NCBI RefSeq assembly: GCF_018977255.1 | Contig: NW_024704761.1 | Location: 2,356,001 to 2,420,000, forward strand | Direction of reading: 5' to 3' | DNA length: 64,000 nt | Source: Callorhinchus milii | Lineage: Eukaryota | Shown: positions 49,201 to 64,000 of the stretch, one piece after another | Layout of the letters: each line of letters opens with the position of its first letter | Numbering within the stretch: the stretch's first letter is position 1 | Notes under the pieces: model-generated | The model's input: the letters and a program-made list of their open reading frames with translations, nothing else | Database searches by the model: none | Told to the model about the DNA's origin: nothing | Translations under genes and position numbers: made by a program

Positions 49201-49298
49201 AGTATAGTGGCACAAATGGTTCCAAAGACAGATGACGGCACAGTTTAAAAGCACATGAATGGCAACTTCATTATACTGTAAACATAAACGGTCATACA

Positions 49299-52200
49299 TC
49301 ACAGTCGATCAGCTAGTTCTGTTGGGGACTCCCTTGCAGGCCACACTGAGGGTGACCGTGGGTCCATGGCTGAATGCATTATCGGAAGATACACATCATC
49401 CATATTTGGCATAACAAAGATTTTCTGAAAAAACGGTTAAGAAAATGTATTAGGATCTGTTTATGGATACCAACAAGTACATGTACAGGGTGACCAAAAA
49501 GTCGAGATACCATTTCAATGTCTAATAAGTCTAACAAGAAATTATATATATTTTTTCAGATAATAGGGTAGTTATCAAGACTTTTTCGTCACCCTGTGTA
49601 ATGCCCTCATAGTTTGAAAATAAAACACCCTTTTCAAATGTTCCACTTGAGTCTCAACATTAATTATTTGGTTACACTAAGTTCACATGATGTTTCGTTT
49701 ACATTGCAAACAACATAAGAAATATCAATGGATTTCAAACGTTTAATGCTTTTTTTAAAAAAAAGTTTTTCCAAATATTTCTGATGCTTTCTTTTGCAAA
49801 TAAATTATTCCCAAACAGTCAGATTGTTACTGACCGACCAGTGTACTCAAATAGGCTATTGGCATTCAGTCAAACTCCCCGGTATACATAAGTCAAGGAG
49901 AATAAAGCAGAAAAGGTGGATATAGGCACCAAATCAACCAACGAGACCAAATCAAAGTAAAGACGGCTCACCCTCCCCAATTACTGAGGTAAAAATATCA
50001 ATGCTGTAAAATTCTGTTTAACAAAGATCTTTTGTAGGAGAGGAATATAAAGCTCTTCAATGGACAATAAGGCACTTTGACAAGTACTTAGTCATTAATA
50101 ATGAGAAAAACGAGGGGGATTATTCTTAAAGTGTGGATTTATACAATATTATCTTGTAAGCTAAAGAACCCCTTTACCTGGAACTCTTGTTCAAGTTTCT
50201 TCTCAATCCAGTCAGTTACATGTGCTATAGTCACTTCACGCTCACCCAGTTTGGGACGAGCTTTAAGCTCAATGTGGGGTGGTCTTCGGAAGCCGTACCT
50301 TCAACAAGGATTAGAAATATTAGCAAACAGGTGCAGTAATCAATTTTCACAATCTGATAAGACAACGTTTTCAGGATTCACACAAACACTTCAAAATGGC
50401 AGCAACTAAACATTTTAGCACAAACTTTATCCACACTTCAGCTTGTGAAACATTTGCTTTGCGTACGCGAGTATCTCAAAGTTAAGGGTCAGGAAGTTTA
50501 GTCCTCACACAAAACATTGCAACTAGACATTGGATTTCAGGCAGATTTGTTGTCCACCCACCCCTGGTTCACACCACTTATAAAGATGTACAAAATAAAC
50601 TTAAGACTTTGTAATCAGATATATTCGAAGGCTAACAAAGTGTTCCGACCAGCAATTTCAGTGTTACTTGAGAGCCCAAGCATTGTACAGTAACTAGCAG
50701 AATTGGACCTGTTCTTACCATATTCTGTCAGTAGGTGGTGGTGGAACATTCACCGCGAGAGTTCCTTTGCACTCTTGAACTTCCACAGTAAGTAAAAGTG
50801 GTGTATTTGAGACCTCTTCAATCTTCTTCTTAATAAATTCAGTCTCTGTAGCTTTCTGAAAATACTTTGACTTTGTAATTTTATCCACAAATCTCATTAT
50901 CTTGCTGGTTCGATGTCCTCCCACATATCTGCATACATGAACAAGTTTTTTTTTACATGGAAAAGTTTTACCTTTCTGACAATTTTGTGGTTATTGCTGT
51001 CGTCGTATTTGAAATTAATTCTAGCAGGTCGTTTACAGTTTTATTTTCATGGCAACATTTTAGTATGTATTCCATTAAATAGAAATGGGAACCACCTCAC
51101 TGCCACGTTTCTGAAACCAGTGTCAAGGTGAGCGTATGAGACATTAAAGACCGACGTTTTCTGCATATTATTCAATCTGCATTTCCATCAAGAATTTTAT
51201 CTTATAATAGCGGTGGCAAACTGCAGTAACCTTACCCTTCTGCCATTGCTGCAAGTGCTTTGTCCCCACTCATCAGATCCTGTGCATCTTCTTCATCTGA
51301 GGATCCAGCACTGGAGGACTCCTCGTCACTGTCAGCCAGACAGTAGGCTTTGGGTCTACTCCTACATCAGGAGCAGCAGAGAGAGAAATAGGTTATCAAA
51401 CAAGCTTCCTATTCCAAATCTAACATTTCATATAAATACAGCCATTCAGGTCATGCAAAGGAAACACCCATCCAATTCAAATATTAGGTCAGCAGATCAC
51501 AATGTTTTGTTCTGATTTCAATTTTATTTACAGCCCTAAAAGGATTAAAGAAAAAGCTGCACAATTGCTATTACTTATTACTTCACACTGAATCCAGTTA
51601 TTATTAAATATATTGAGACTAAGATCTCTGGTATTGCATTATTCCCTCTAGTTCTCAAGACATTAATTTTTAATAAAGGTGGTGTATATTGCACGTGATC
51701 TACTCACAAGAATTGAGTTGTTGCCTTGTGAAAAGATGATGTATAATATATGGCACCCTTTGTGGGTTAGATTAATTGTACCTGCATTGAGGCCACTGAC
51801 ACACACCTACATGCAACAGCTAAGAGGAATAAAACAACGTGCAGATCCACAAATCCATCTGAGGAGGTTCAGTTGCTTAGCTACCAATCAACATAGTTTA
51901 CCTGCAAGTCTACTACTTAACTGGAAACCAAAGCAGAGTCCCACTGGAGGTCGGGTCAGTCAGTGCACACATGTGAAAAAAATACATGCTTACAAAATGC
52001 CAATTAAAGGGGCACCATCACCAGAACAAAATTAATGGCATAATTGCAGAATTTAATGGCGCATTTGGTCAATTCACTTTACAATATATTCTATGAAGCA
52101 CATCAAGACATCTCAAAGGCATAATATGGCGCTATATCAAATGCAAGGATTATTATTATTATTATGTGCAAGCAACATCCTCCAATGCCAATTATGCAAC

Positions 52201-55200
52201 TAAGGTTTAGTTTTTTTTGTTACCATGGAGCCCCTTTAATGAATCATCACATAGTTTGACAGAATTCCCATGCGCAGGCAAGAACAAAGCAAGAAGGTAA
52301 TATTTTCCCTTTGGCTCTAATCTTTAGTATCTAAATGAAATGTATGTAATGCTGACAGAACAGACATTCCCATTGGCTACAGAAGATTACGATTACCACT
52401 CACCAGAATCACACAAATCCACAGATGATTCCGATCAAACACATTATAAATGGAGGAATGAAAAAAAACGTATAAACACAAGTTAGTGAAAACGGACCAT
52501 CTTTTATTTGAAACATACCGCAAGTGGGCAGAGGGCTACTAGATTGGACTGAAGCACATACTTTAAATTGATTAATGTTAACACAAAGCAAGCTTTACAT
52601 ATCACACATCTTTGAAATCACTGTGGAAGGTTCCATATACATTGACTAATCTGGCTAAAACACAAATTTAAACATATTTTATAGCAGAAACCTTTTTTAA
52701 AGTTAGCAAAGGAATACAAAATTGGGTGTAATTTAACATGCTCAAATCAATTTAAATTAAGCCCCAAGACATAGCATCTTATGTAAAATGTTTAGTCTTT
52801 GAACAAACATCAGGAAGAAAGATAAGATCCGTCTGCTGCAAGGGGTCTGTGCAGTGCCCAAAGACATTTATACTTTTATAGAAACAGGTTTATATGTCGG
52901 TTTCTAACACATGCCTCAGGGAATAACAATGGGGGTGAACAAGAGCAGAAGTGATTCACCTCCAACACAATGGCTTTGACTCACATGTGTTCCCATTGCT
53001 TTCAACAGAACAAGGTGCTAATGTGATCTGACACCATGATCAATTACTCAAAGCAGTTAAATTCACCAACTTGATCCCTGCCAAACCAATTAAATCTGAA
53101 CAGACTAATGCAAGGGATGCATGATAATGAATCAAACAAAAATAGATCTGGGACTCGGACGGAATGCGCAAGAATCACTCTATTCCCACAAACTGTGATT
53201 TCCCCTCAGTCGTAATCAAAGATCATTCAAATTTCTATTTCAACCCACTGATGGCATTTCAGGCATAATCCAATTTTGCACAGATACTAAACTTCAAACA
53301 CATTAACACAACTGCACTGAACAAAGCTGGACACAACGTCGGGGAGAATGTAACCTTTGTTATAGCTACGCGAGGAGTCGGGAAGGAGAGAGAGGTATTG
53401 ATAAACTAGAAAACTCAGGGACAGAGCCTCAAGGTTTTTCCCCCCACTAAGAAGGAAACAGTCCCTTTGGTTAAAAAAAGTCTTCCTAAAAGCAGATGAG
53501 AGCAAAAGTAATGGGACAAGTTACAACTGTTAGGAAGCAACAAGGTGATGGTAGTGGTGGGGGAGTGAGGAAAGGATAGTAACAAAGCTGCAATGACAAC
53601 ATCTTCCAGGTACATAGGTGATCCTACCCATGGTAAAAGGAGCATACTTAAGAAAAAAAATTATTTAGGAAAAAGAGCTCATATTCATATGAATCCCTTT
53701 CCAATATTCAGCGTTGCTTACTATAAAAGATATGCTAAAAACCCATCAGAGTACTAGTCCATGATTTGAGTATATCTTTTGTTTCAAGCAAGAATGGTAG
53801 TGCAGCTCCATTGCGGTGCCATTTTCTAAGTGACTGAACTGACATGGGGTAGAGGGCACTGTGCACTCTCAAAAATCAATTAAAATTAGTGGTGCTTCTT
53901 GCATTGCTTTGGCTGATGTGGAAATGATAGATCTTGCTGCGAATGCAATCTTGCAGAATTATAATGAAGTTCAGTCTAATGGTGTAGACTGAACACCAGG
54001 TAAATGCGAGCTAGAATTATTCAATTCAAAATCTAAAACTACACTGCTTTTCAATTTATTTCAGAATTAGTCATTAAAACTGATGCTAGTTGAATCAGAT
54101 TATCAGATCAGCACTCCACGTACATAGTTAATGGGCAGAGGGTCAATACCACTGAAATTTTAGATGTCACTAACTTTTTTAAAAAATGTCAAGAGTTTCG
54201 AATAGCAGGTCAACATGCGTGGAAAACAAAATCTTCTTCGGAGAGGGCGGGAGAAGAGTTGGGAAGTGGTATCTTTCCAAGTAAAAGGTTCAAGTTATTC
54301 AGCAACTTAAGTGCTTGTTGACATTATATTTTAAAGTTTAGTATCCAGAAATGACTTTTAAAAAATAAAATTAGGGAGTAAACCAAAAGACCGTTTGTTT
54401 GAGATTTTAGCTTGATCAATCATTCTGCCTGTCAATTCATAAATTCGTTTTACTTTGGTTTGTAAAAAGCATTGATGTGCAAAAAGAAAGTGTTAAATTA
54501 CACATTTGCTACACAAGTGTTAAAAGAGCTGCGGTTAGGGCAATTGTGAAAAAAAACCTTACCCTTCTTTGCCAACGTCGCCCACTTTATATCCCTCACC
54601 CAATGGCTCCTTTCCTAGTCTGGTCAGGTTCATTTTAGTTTCCAGGGTCATTAGAAACGACCCATTGTAGGAAATCTCCAGATCAATCCATAAACCTGTA
54701 GAAAACAAACCATTTGAACAATCAAAGAATTCTCAATCCTGTGTGCAATTGAGTTCTAACATCTCTAGTGAGCTCAGCACCAACGAAATGTAATTATTTA
54801 GATAAATGAAATTGCAAGTATTTATTGCACAGGAAGATTAAAAATTCAAAATATTTTTCCAAATGTTAACAATCAAATACATGTCAGGGACTAGAAATTA
54901 AAAAGAAACCAGTGAGTGTTGGAAGTATGAGTGGCTCGAGGGTTTCGGTCTTTGCCAGAATTCTGCCGCAATCAAACCAGTTATTGCAAAACTACTTTGA
55001 ATTTCTACATCCATCTTCCTGGTCAATTGAGAAAAAAAACTAAGCTGAAGATGGTGATCATCCTTGTGCCGTTTGTTGTTCCAGAGTTAAAGGTTAAGCA
55101 GCTGCAATGAAAAAAAATGAGCTTTGGCAATGAGTGCCTGGAGACTATTTCACAACATTGGAAACATTGCCAATTACTTGTGGACTTAAAGCTGAAAATC

Positions 55201-58200
55201 TTGGCAAAGTTATCCGATGCAGTGAAAAACTGAATTGTTGTCAAGGTGGCAGGAGGAACTCAGAAGACATAAAAATAAATTTCGGGCTCCATCTCGGTTT
55301 ATATTTTTGTACCATCTACTGATGAGCCATGGAGCACCTTTGATGGACAGTTAAGTGAAGGAAAGGGAAGTTTTGCATTTAAATTTAGGAAGGTTGGTGT
55401 AATAGTTCTGAGCATGTTAAATGTATGAACTGGTTATGAATTTATTCTAACACAAGTGAAGCTGTAACATCTCAACAATTGATGTGTGCCTCCTACAGAT
55501 AATCAAGCAGTGCAAAAACAACCAATTGCTCTTTGATGTTGAAATGAAGGTCTCAAGTTGCAACATATCAGTATTCTGCAAAGGCAGGCAGAGAAAGATC
55601 ATCTGAGCTTTGGATAAGCAGCTGTGAAATCTCATTTAGAGCGAATGTTTCTCTGGAAGCTAACCTACTCCAACATTTAGCACAGCTATGTCAAATGTTA
55701 CAGACAAAAATATAACACTGCACATAAATCTTCCTTAAATACTTCAAACACTAATATAGTACAGATTTCATAGCTGCAGAAAATATTTCTGCATCGCAAT
55801 TTAGTCAATTAACTTTCAGTCACCCTTGCAATTGGAATATTTTTCATTTCCACGGTTGCTATGCATAATTGTGCAGAAATATCACTTGGTAATTTCAATG
55901 ATTTTTCCACTTTACAAATTCAAAATGAACATTAATGCAAACATTACTGAAACCCCCAAGGTACCAATTGCGTGCTATTCAATCACGTTTATTCTTGGAA
56001 TATTTTCTTTTGAAAAGATCAAATTTAAGGTAAATGGTTTCTGTCTTCCTTTTAAATCCCTCCGAGACACATTATTTCCAAGCTGAGAATACAGGCAAGT
56101 GACCCACTTCCAGGCATCAATAAATGTCACTCTTCAAATGGATGAAAAAAANTGTAAAAGGATTTGCACTTCTCACTCAATGCTTCAAAATACCATCATG
56201 ACCATTCAATACTTGTACATCAAACAGAATGAGCAGACTCTGAAAGTAAAACATGTCTGATAAGTTGACTAAGATTCATGTCCTTTGAAATGTACTCTAA
56301 ACAAACCAGTTAAGACTCGTGATTTCTAAAGTTTGGACTTTCAGCAGAAGGTATCAGAGAATGTCTCAGCGTACTGAGATACTAAACAAGAAACAGTTCA
56401 GCACAACACGTAGTTATGTAATTGTTTTCAGACGAGGTGCAAGATGCAGTTAACATTTTGTCTCTTCACGAAGACTACTGCCTACAAGACAGAGGGAAAA
56501 GTCAATTCTGATGATGAAGCTCATCATTAGTATTGTGGAAACACTTTGATTAATCTTACAGGTTTCTGGATTTACATCAGTGCAGTATCTTAGCTTACCT
56601 TTGAGTCTGAAATCTTTGATAACATCAAAAAGCCCACGAACACCACAGATGAATTTTAATTGTGCTTACCTTGGTGATTAACTGAAGGTTTTGAAGCTTG
56701 ACAGATTCTGGGCACAGCAACTCCCATATCGAGTTCCGTCAAAGTCAGCTCATTCATAAAATATGGCAGCTGAAATGGAATAAATATTTGTATTAAGCAG
56801 AATATGAAAACATCATCAAGACTCATTTTTTCTCCACTTGCTCTTCCACCCACAGTTAGAAATAAATGATTGAAATCTCTCCTGAATAATCTTTTCTTCC
56901 CTCTTTATCCAAAATGAAAGGAACCGAAAGCAAATGTAATACCTCTAGGAATTCTGGGCCACAAAATATAAATAAGCATTCACCCACCAAATTTCCTTTT
57001 GTAAAAGATCTTCAATTTTCCTGCTGCAATCTACAAAAAGCAATCCTTGGTGCTTCGAAATGGAAACGCGCCTCATTCTTTTTAATCTTGGTAAATTTAT
57101 CAAGGGTGCCATAGGATGTGACAAATCTGTATACACTTCACTTCATTGTAAGTGCACAAATACCCACATCCAACCCAGAACACTGGTCACGAAGAAGAAT
57201 TAGCATATTCCCACTACAATTTCAAAGTGCTGGCTTTTATTGGTAATGAATTGAAGTTCTTGGCTGATTTAACTCAATGAAAAACCTAAAACTCTACTGA
57301 CCTCCACTATTCCCTGACATACCACGCTTTTACTGGGCTTAAACAAAATTCAGCTAAATGTTGGTATAGTGGAATGTTCTCATGCAATCTGTAAATTAAT
57401 TTGTTACATAGATAACAGAAAAAAGTTATTAACACAGAGTAAATACCCTAATCTTGCTGAGTTTCATCTGGATCTTTCGAGACACCAAGTTAGACCAATA
57501 CTTCTCGCCTAGAAAGTCCCAGAATATCCTCCCAAGCAGTGCATTGACCCAAGCCACTTGCTGGTCTGTGTCATCCTTCTGACCTATTGACAACTGATTT
57601 AGAAAAAAATGGGCGATCAGTATTCATAAATATAGCAACCATGGAACAGTGAAATAGTAGGGATAAAGCAAATGACAACTACAGATTTAATAATTTTAGT
57701 TTTTCTAAAGTAATCTTTGTAATATTTCACTGTATCAAATTTCCACTTTACAAGTAGATTGCTAGGATATCTTTGGGGCTAAACTACTCTAAAGTGACAT
57801 GCCTGGCAATGCAAGCCTTGGTTCTTGCCAACTTCTGCCTACTTTTCTGAATTAGGTAAGAAGGGTTCGTTCCTCTGAGGAGAGTGTGCGCGCTCCTTTG
57901 CAGACAAATGGGTTATTTCTATGTGTGGGTGGCATAATTAAGTGGAACTTTGTCTGGTTTCAATGTTCTTAAGCACAGTAATGGCATGTGTTAAAACACC
58001 CAGCTGACCAAAAAGAGTCTGGAAGTAGAAGTTCAGATCCCTACTGTAACTGTTCTTTATACCTGTTACAACTGCTTGCAGGGCTATGGGGAGAGCGTGG
58101 GGGAGTGGGATTGAATTGGATAGCTCTTTTCAAAGAGCTGGCACAGACACGATGGGCCGAATGGCCTCCTTCTTTGCTGTATAATTCTATGATTCACCTG

Positions 58201-61200
58201 GCCACTGTGATTGGGTTGGGAAAGCAAAGACATAAAGTAAAACCAATTGATTTTCACTTACCTTTTTACAACTAGTGGGACTACTTTCTGCACTTTGGAC
58301 AGGACTTAAGATAGGGCTGCAGCTTTCTTGAGGAATATATTTTGCCATGTACACATTATAGTCCAGAAGCATTTTCTGGCGGACTGCAGCTGTTAGATCT
58401 TTCGGTTTAGATTGTGTCACGATTTCTTCAACACTTCCCTTGCTGCTGTTGCGGCTGTGGGTGAGTTTTCCTGACTGACTGTTGTTCCTACTGTGTGATG
58501 GGATGAATCCTGAAGTCCCCATTGTAAATGAAAACATAACCAATTAGGTACCAAAGCAGCGTTGCTTATTCTGAAATACTATTCACACACTTTATACCTA
58601 ATCTCAAGACCAAGACAAACTATGCAAAGAGGAACCCATTAGGTAAATCCCTGAACTAAAGCAAAACATACCCAGTGTGAAACCCCTGCACTTCAGAGCT
58701 CAAAATTGTGAATTTTCAGGTTTTTGGGGGGAACAAAATTGCACTATTCCTCTTTTACCATTGAATCATTTAATGAGTTGAACTCACTGGAAGCTCAGCC
58801 AAGCGGAGATTTAAGCCGTCACATTAATGGAACAAATGCAATGACAGCAGTGGAGCAACACCAGTAAAAATGAAGTGAAATGGTAAGCCTTGAAAAGCTT
58901 GTAATTACAACATTAAAGTCAGAATTTGAGTTTGCCTTTGATAATTTAACTTGACAATAGGTCATGTACTTTACTTATAAGTTGAACATATAATAATCCT
59001 TGCTTTTGACCTCGTGTCTTATCATGGGGTCAGGAAGTCGCAAAGCACTTCACAGTCTTAATTAAACAAGTGCAATCCTGAGCTAGATTCCTGGAATAGG
59101 GTAGATACTTAATTAGTACAATACAGCATAATCTGTCAAATTTTTAAAATCTGTAAAATTTACATCAGTATTTATTCCACTAAGAGACCAAATTTAAGAA
59201 ACAACTTACAATTAACCAAACTGATTGATGCCCGTTACACTGTTAAAGCTTACCTTGCAAAGCATTTATATTCAGTCAACACTGTTTTAATGTCCAAGAT
59301 AGTGTTTCAATGAAATGCCCTACGTTTCCACCTTCCTGTTAAAAAACCTCAGTAGTTCAAGTTGCAAAGGAATGATGGATAGAAAACATAGGGTTACCTG
59401 TTATGCCTCCCCCTAGACTGATTAGTCGTTTAACATCAGTTTTTCCCTTTGAAACTAGAAGGAATCTCCTGAACCATTCCTCTTTTTCTCTGCCAGTCCT
59501 TCCAAAAAGATATAGAACTTGATCCTTCAGAGAAGTTGGCTTCACAACATCTTGTGAAGGGACCACTTTTCTTTCCTCAAGCGCAACTTCTGCTTTCTCC
59601 AGAGGGGGCTTTTCTTCTGCATTTTCTTTCTCTGTCTGGGTCTTTGATATAAAGTCATCCTGTCTGGCAAGTTCAATGCAAATTGGATATTTCTTATTCC
59701 ATACTCTCTTTCTGGCCAGACTCTTTGGAACTAAATGTACCTGGAAAAATTAATGCCAAAAAGGAGAAGAGAAACCTTAAAACATTATAGTTTAATTTTC
59801 AGGATTTATAATATGTGGATTTCTATTGTAACAGATACATTATTTGCACAATGGTTATAAGAGGATGAAAATCTAAAAGTCAAGTATTACACAAGTACAG
59901 TAGAACACTCTCACAAAGCTACATACAGTTGGACTCTATAACATTCCAAGCCACCTTATAACAGGGCACAATCAAGAGTATTTATTCACTAAAAAATAAC
60001 CCTAAGAACACCAAAATATAGGCACAGCATGTGGAATTCTACCTATGGGACCATATTGCATTAACAATCCACTGTGAAGAAACAAGTCAGCCATGTCACG
60101 AACATTCAAACAATTACCCAATGATCTGGTTGGAAGACAGATTAAACCGGGGGAGTAGCAAAAATAAGTAGCTTCAGTCAAGCTCATTTTTCTTCCCATG
60201 CCCCAAATATCACTTGTCAAATCAAGAATTTGACAAGAATAGAAGAAAGCACTGATAGAGGGAAGAGCTTAGGCCTTTCCTATTTATCTTCCTCACAACC
60301 TTTAAAATGAGTAGAATGGCAGCACTAACGAGATTCTCTGTATTTTAGAGCAGTGATGGATCCACCTTGAGTGGTAATGGGGAAGGATAGATTGATTTAG
60401 CTAGAAATTATATTTTGATAATGACCATAGGGGAAAAACACAGACTGTAATTTATGAGTCCAGCTCTACTTTCAGAAGTGTAAATCAAAATAAACCTTGG
60501 GCCAGCAGCAATGTTGGCACACAAATACAGTAGCGTGGGCAAGGCACTCTTTGTGTCACTAGAATGGAAAGGAGGCACATCTGGTAGGAATGGGTAAACA
60601 TGAAAGAGTCAAAGGTGCTGATTGCCCTCAGTTTCCCAACTAATTTAATCTCAAACTCCACCTCCTTCAGTAGAAACTAATCCAGATCACACAGAGGGTG
60701 AGGCCTAAATACTCAATATAGACCGAAATCTTTGGCAATCTCGCCAAAGTACACTCACAGATGTTAGCAGACAGCTCTTGAAAGGCAAGGGCATTGGAGA
60801 TGAAAGGGACTATTGGGGGCACAGGGCGGTGGGCCACCAATATACACTGCACTATGACGATTTCTACCAGCAATTACCTCAGGTAATGGAATACCTATAT
60901 TGACTGTAACACAAAGAAGGCACCCAGCATAGGGCAGAAACGTGCCCATGCAAAGAGAAGAACCAAGAAAGTAGTCCTCATCTTACTCCCGTGCATCTCC
61001 AGGTAATCCGGTTCAAGTCAGCTGTCCAGGTTATGGTGACCCCAGACCCAAAGGAATATGCATAACTATACAATTTTTGGGGGTTATACTCTTACAAATG
61101 TGCATATTTAGCATTAACAGCATATTTAAATAGCTTAAGACCAGACGTTTGGTACCTACCTTACTGTCAGATAGGTCATAAATCTTCTGACTTATATACA

Positions 61201-61360
61201 TGACTTCTGGCTTAGCCTCGTTAAAAGAAGCCCTTCGGGAAATATTCTTATTAGGTTTTGAAAGCCTTAGTACACTCCCCTCAAGACGAATGAAGACAGA
61301 ATGCGTGAGTGTAGCATGGTAAGTTTCAGGATCATAATTGCAAATTTCATTCATCCAGCC
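49299..61360 (-). CDS. TEX2: Testis-expressed protein 2 (PH-like and SMP lipid-transfer domains), last ten coding exons; 5' part lies beyond the window
   Basis: Exons 61160-61360, 59398-59740, 58262-58509, 57447-57593, 56670-56769, 54563-54695, 51236-51361, 50719-50928, 50178-50298, 49299-49424 (TGA), all phase-compatible. Motifs GWMNEICNYDPETYHATLTHSV, LYLFGRTGREKEEWFRRF, AWVNALLGRIFWDFL, LPYFMNELTLTELDMG, NVPPPPTDRIWYGF, FVMPNMDD. Confidence 0.96.
49486..49596. mobile_element. Tc1/mariner-type MITE in the last TEX2 intron
   Basis: Imperfect 26-bp terminal inverted repeats cagggtgaccaaaaagtcgagatacc / gttatcaagactttttcgtcaccctg, flanked by TA and TG. Confidence 0.7.
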
Positions 61361-63319
61361 CTGCACGGGGTTGGGGGGAGAAGAAAAGTAGAATAAAAAA
61401 AATTGTACGAACAATAACCTTTCAAAGTATGTTTACATTTAACAACAAGTTGAAATGGTTATCTATTAAAACTGTGAGTAAATTAATATTCAGATATTAC
61501 TGTAAAATACTACGTCAAAATACTGCAGATAGTTTTTAAAGCTTTCATCTCTCCCTCAAGCAGTTTTTAAGTGGATAACAATACTCAAAGCACTGGACAT
61601 TCATGACATTTACTCTGTGCTTTTTAATTATCAATAATTGAGGAACATTTTAATTGTGTGTGAAAGAGTATTGTTGAAGCACGAGCAGCTGCAGACATTA
61701 ATGGGATCTCACAACAACAGTTCTCGTGCTTTATAACATCATCTGAACCCATCAATGAGATTACTACTGTGTAATGTGTGCTAGGTACCCATTGTTGTCT
61801 ACACAAATCCAATTATAGGCCTGGCCTCAATTATGCTGGAAGCAAAAATACGTTCACTAATCACCAACACCTCTGTAAGAGGTCTTGGAAGTAGAAGTGC
61901 AAACTATCATATTTTAATTCTAAGTGAATTTTATGACAAAGTTACAAAATTCGATACCTTGAATCAAAAGTTAACAGCAAAAAACATGAAATTCTGCAAG
62001 TTACAGATGTCAATCCCATAAAAAAGCAGTTTTTTAAATAATCTTATAGTACTGTATTTTAAATGTACATTTTGAGGGCACCGAGGTGATGTGATTCACG
62101 TAATAATAATGCCATTTAAAAATAATTGCTAAGAAGTACTTTCAGAGTAATAATTATTAATAATGTTTTTGGGTTTGGTTTCCTGTCAAATTGACACTGG
62201 TTGGATTATTCAGTGGAAAAATACTTAGCCATTTTAAAAAGTCAAAACTTATTGCAATATTTTCTCAATTAGGCAAGCTTTCTTTTAACTCTGAGTAGGC
62301 TGGAGTATAATTGGGACTGTGCAAAATTGAGAAAAATGGGCTTTCTCACAGAATGAAAAACAAACTAGTACACTTTCTACAAATAATTTAATAATAACTG
62401 ATAGCAGCTACAACTCATCAAAATACTTCTGTATCAACCAAAAAATAACTTTAAAAGATTACATACAATAGTCTATTGGGGAAGAGCACTACTTAGTATA
62501 ATAATACATCCTAATTGCAGATTAGTTTCCCAGACTGAATTATGTGATCTCAACTGATGCAACAAATGGGACACGTAAGATTGGCCAAAAGGCTGTTTGG
62601 TTAGGAAGGAGGAGGAACAAACTAGACAATATTCCCCCTTCCAGATCACTGCCCATGACATGTACAACAAAATCATGCAGACACGAGTTAAAATGGGATC
62701 CAACTTTGGCTGTGTTGACCCTACAGTCATTAGCCTGGCAGCCAGTCAACAGTGACTGTCCATGCTCATACACAAAGAACAGGCAGGCAGGCACCTGTAG
62801 AGATATTGCAGCAATGCAAAGAACTGTAACCCACCAGAGTCAGCACCTTCAGCAAAAGCATCTGTTAAATTATCAGCGCCTCAGTCAAAATAAAATTACC
62901 ACGGTTATAAGAAAATTTACATACGTATCTATGCTGTTTGACATACTATAAGCATATAGTGGTAACAATGAATGGCAAATCCTCTTGGCATTATTACAAC
63001 TATAATGGAAACGTACGTATCCACAAGAATAATATCCCCCCAGGCAAGAAACATCGCATGATAACTCCGACAGACATGGCCTGAAACCACCTCTGTCACA
63101 AGTCAGGGCTGCCATCTGCAGCAACAATTTAACATAAAAGAACAAATAACAGATGGAGCTGGCTGTCCTCGTTATATTAATATTTGTCTAGAAGAGGCAA
63201 GGCTGATGTTAAATGCCAACTATGAAGTTGGTGACATATCAACTGGTTTATAATCTTACTTCATGCTTCAGGGAACAGGTTCTTGTAATAAATATTATTA
63301 TTTTATAATAAATAAAATT

Positions 63320-63660
63320 GCTCTCCCTACCTCTGTGACCTCCTAAAGCCCTAGCATCCTGCCTGCTCCCTCTGCTCAACGGGCTCCACTCTGGTCTGCT
63401 TCACGTCCCCGTCTCGTCTACCCCACCATTGGCAGGTGGGCCTTCTACCACTCTACCCCCACCCTCTGGAACTCTATCCACAGTCCCTCCGCCTTGCCCC
63501 CTCTCTTGCCTCCTTTAAGACCAATCTCAAGACCCTCCTCTTCGACGGTACTTTCGGTCACCCTGCCTCCCCCCCCACTGCCCTCCACCCTTCCCAATCA
63601 CGATCCCCAGCTCGGGTCCGAAACTGTCTGTCCTATACAAATAAAATTTTGTTGTTGTTA
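63320..63660 (+). mobile_element. L2 LINE 3' end
   Basis: PQSLRLAPSLASFKTNLKTLLFD peptide and (ttg)n tail. Confidence 0.75.
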
Positions 63661-64000
63661 TTTTAGAAAAATTGACAATTTATGCGATTTCATACTCGAG
63701 ACTGAACGGAGTAGTTCCTTTCAAACTGTATTAAATTACAACTGCGAAGGCCTTCAAGTTACCGCTACGATTAATAATCCCATGAAGTAGTTTACTTTCT
63801 TGAAACAACTGAGTTCCCATTACTGAATATTAAGAAAAATAATGCACTTAGTTTGAATTTTCCAGACATAAATTCAATGGTGCTGATATATTTTCTATTC
63901 AGGCAGCATTGTTGACAGTGTCATTATTTTAGCCATGAAATAAATTAAGTTTTGTTTTCATCTGCATGAATAATTCAGGTTCTGGCCCCCTGTCGAATTT

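Noticed and set aside
60560-61020. Possible Gypsy RT remnant in a TEX2 intron (AVYI, IEYLG words)
   Set aside because: Too degenerate; catalytic DD not present.

Overview
Vertebrate genomic DNA, most likely a cartilaginous fish (inferred from Deu-domain tRNA-SINEs with L2-type tails, CR1/L2 LINE debris and gene divergence). From left to right: the last six coding exons of an SLC5A8/SLC5A12-like Na+/monocarboxylate transporter (+); a tandem pair of SAMD9/SAMD9L-family antiviral STAND genes (-), one full length (1566 aa after correcting for a split ATG-G start exon) and one with no SAM domain (1355 aa), plus a 144-bp relic of a third copy; a decayed multi-exon gene of unknown family upstream of the full-length copy; a complete 22-exon ERN1/IRE1a gene (-, 969 aa); a GC-rich divergent promoter region with two minisatellites; a spliced non-coding snoRNA host gene (+) with two intact and one degenerate SNORD104-like copies, whose predicted last exon is a decayed BED-finger hAT transposase; and the last ten coding exons of TEX2 (-). 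ERN1-SNORD104-TEX2 matches the human gene order, but the SAMD9 cluster does not. All exon models were read by eye from splice signals and reading-frame phase; no database search was run.
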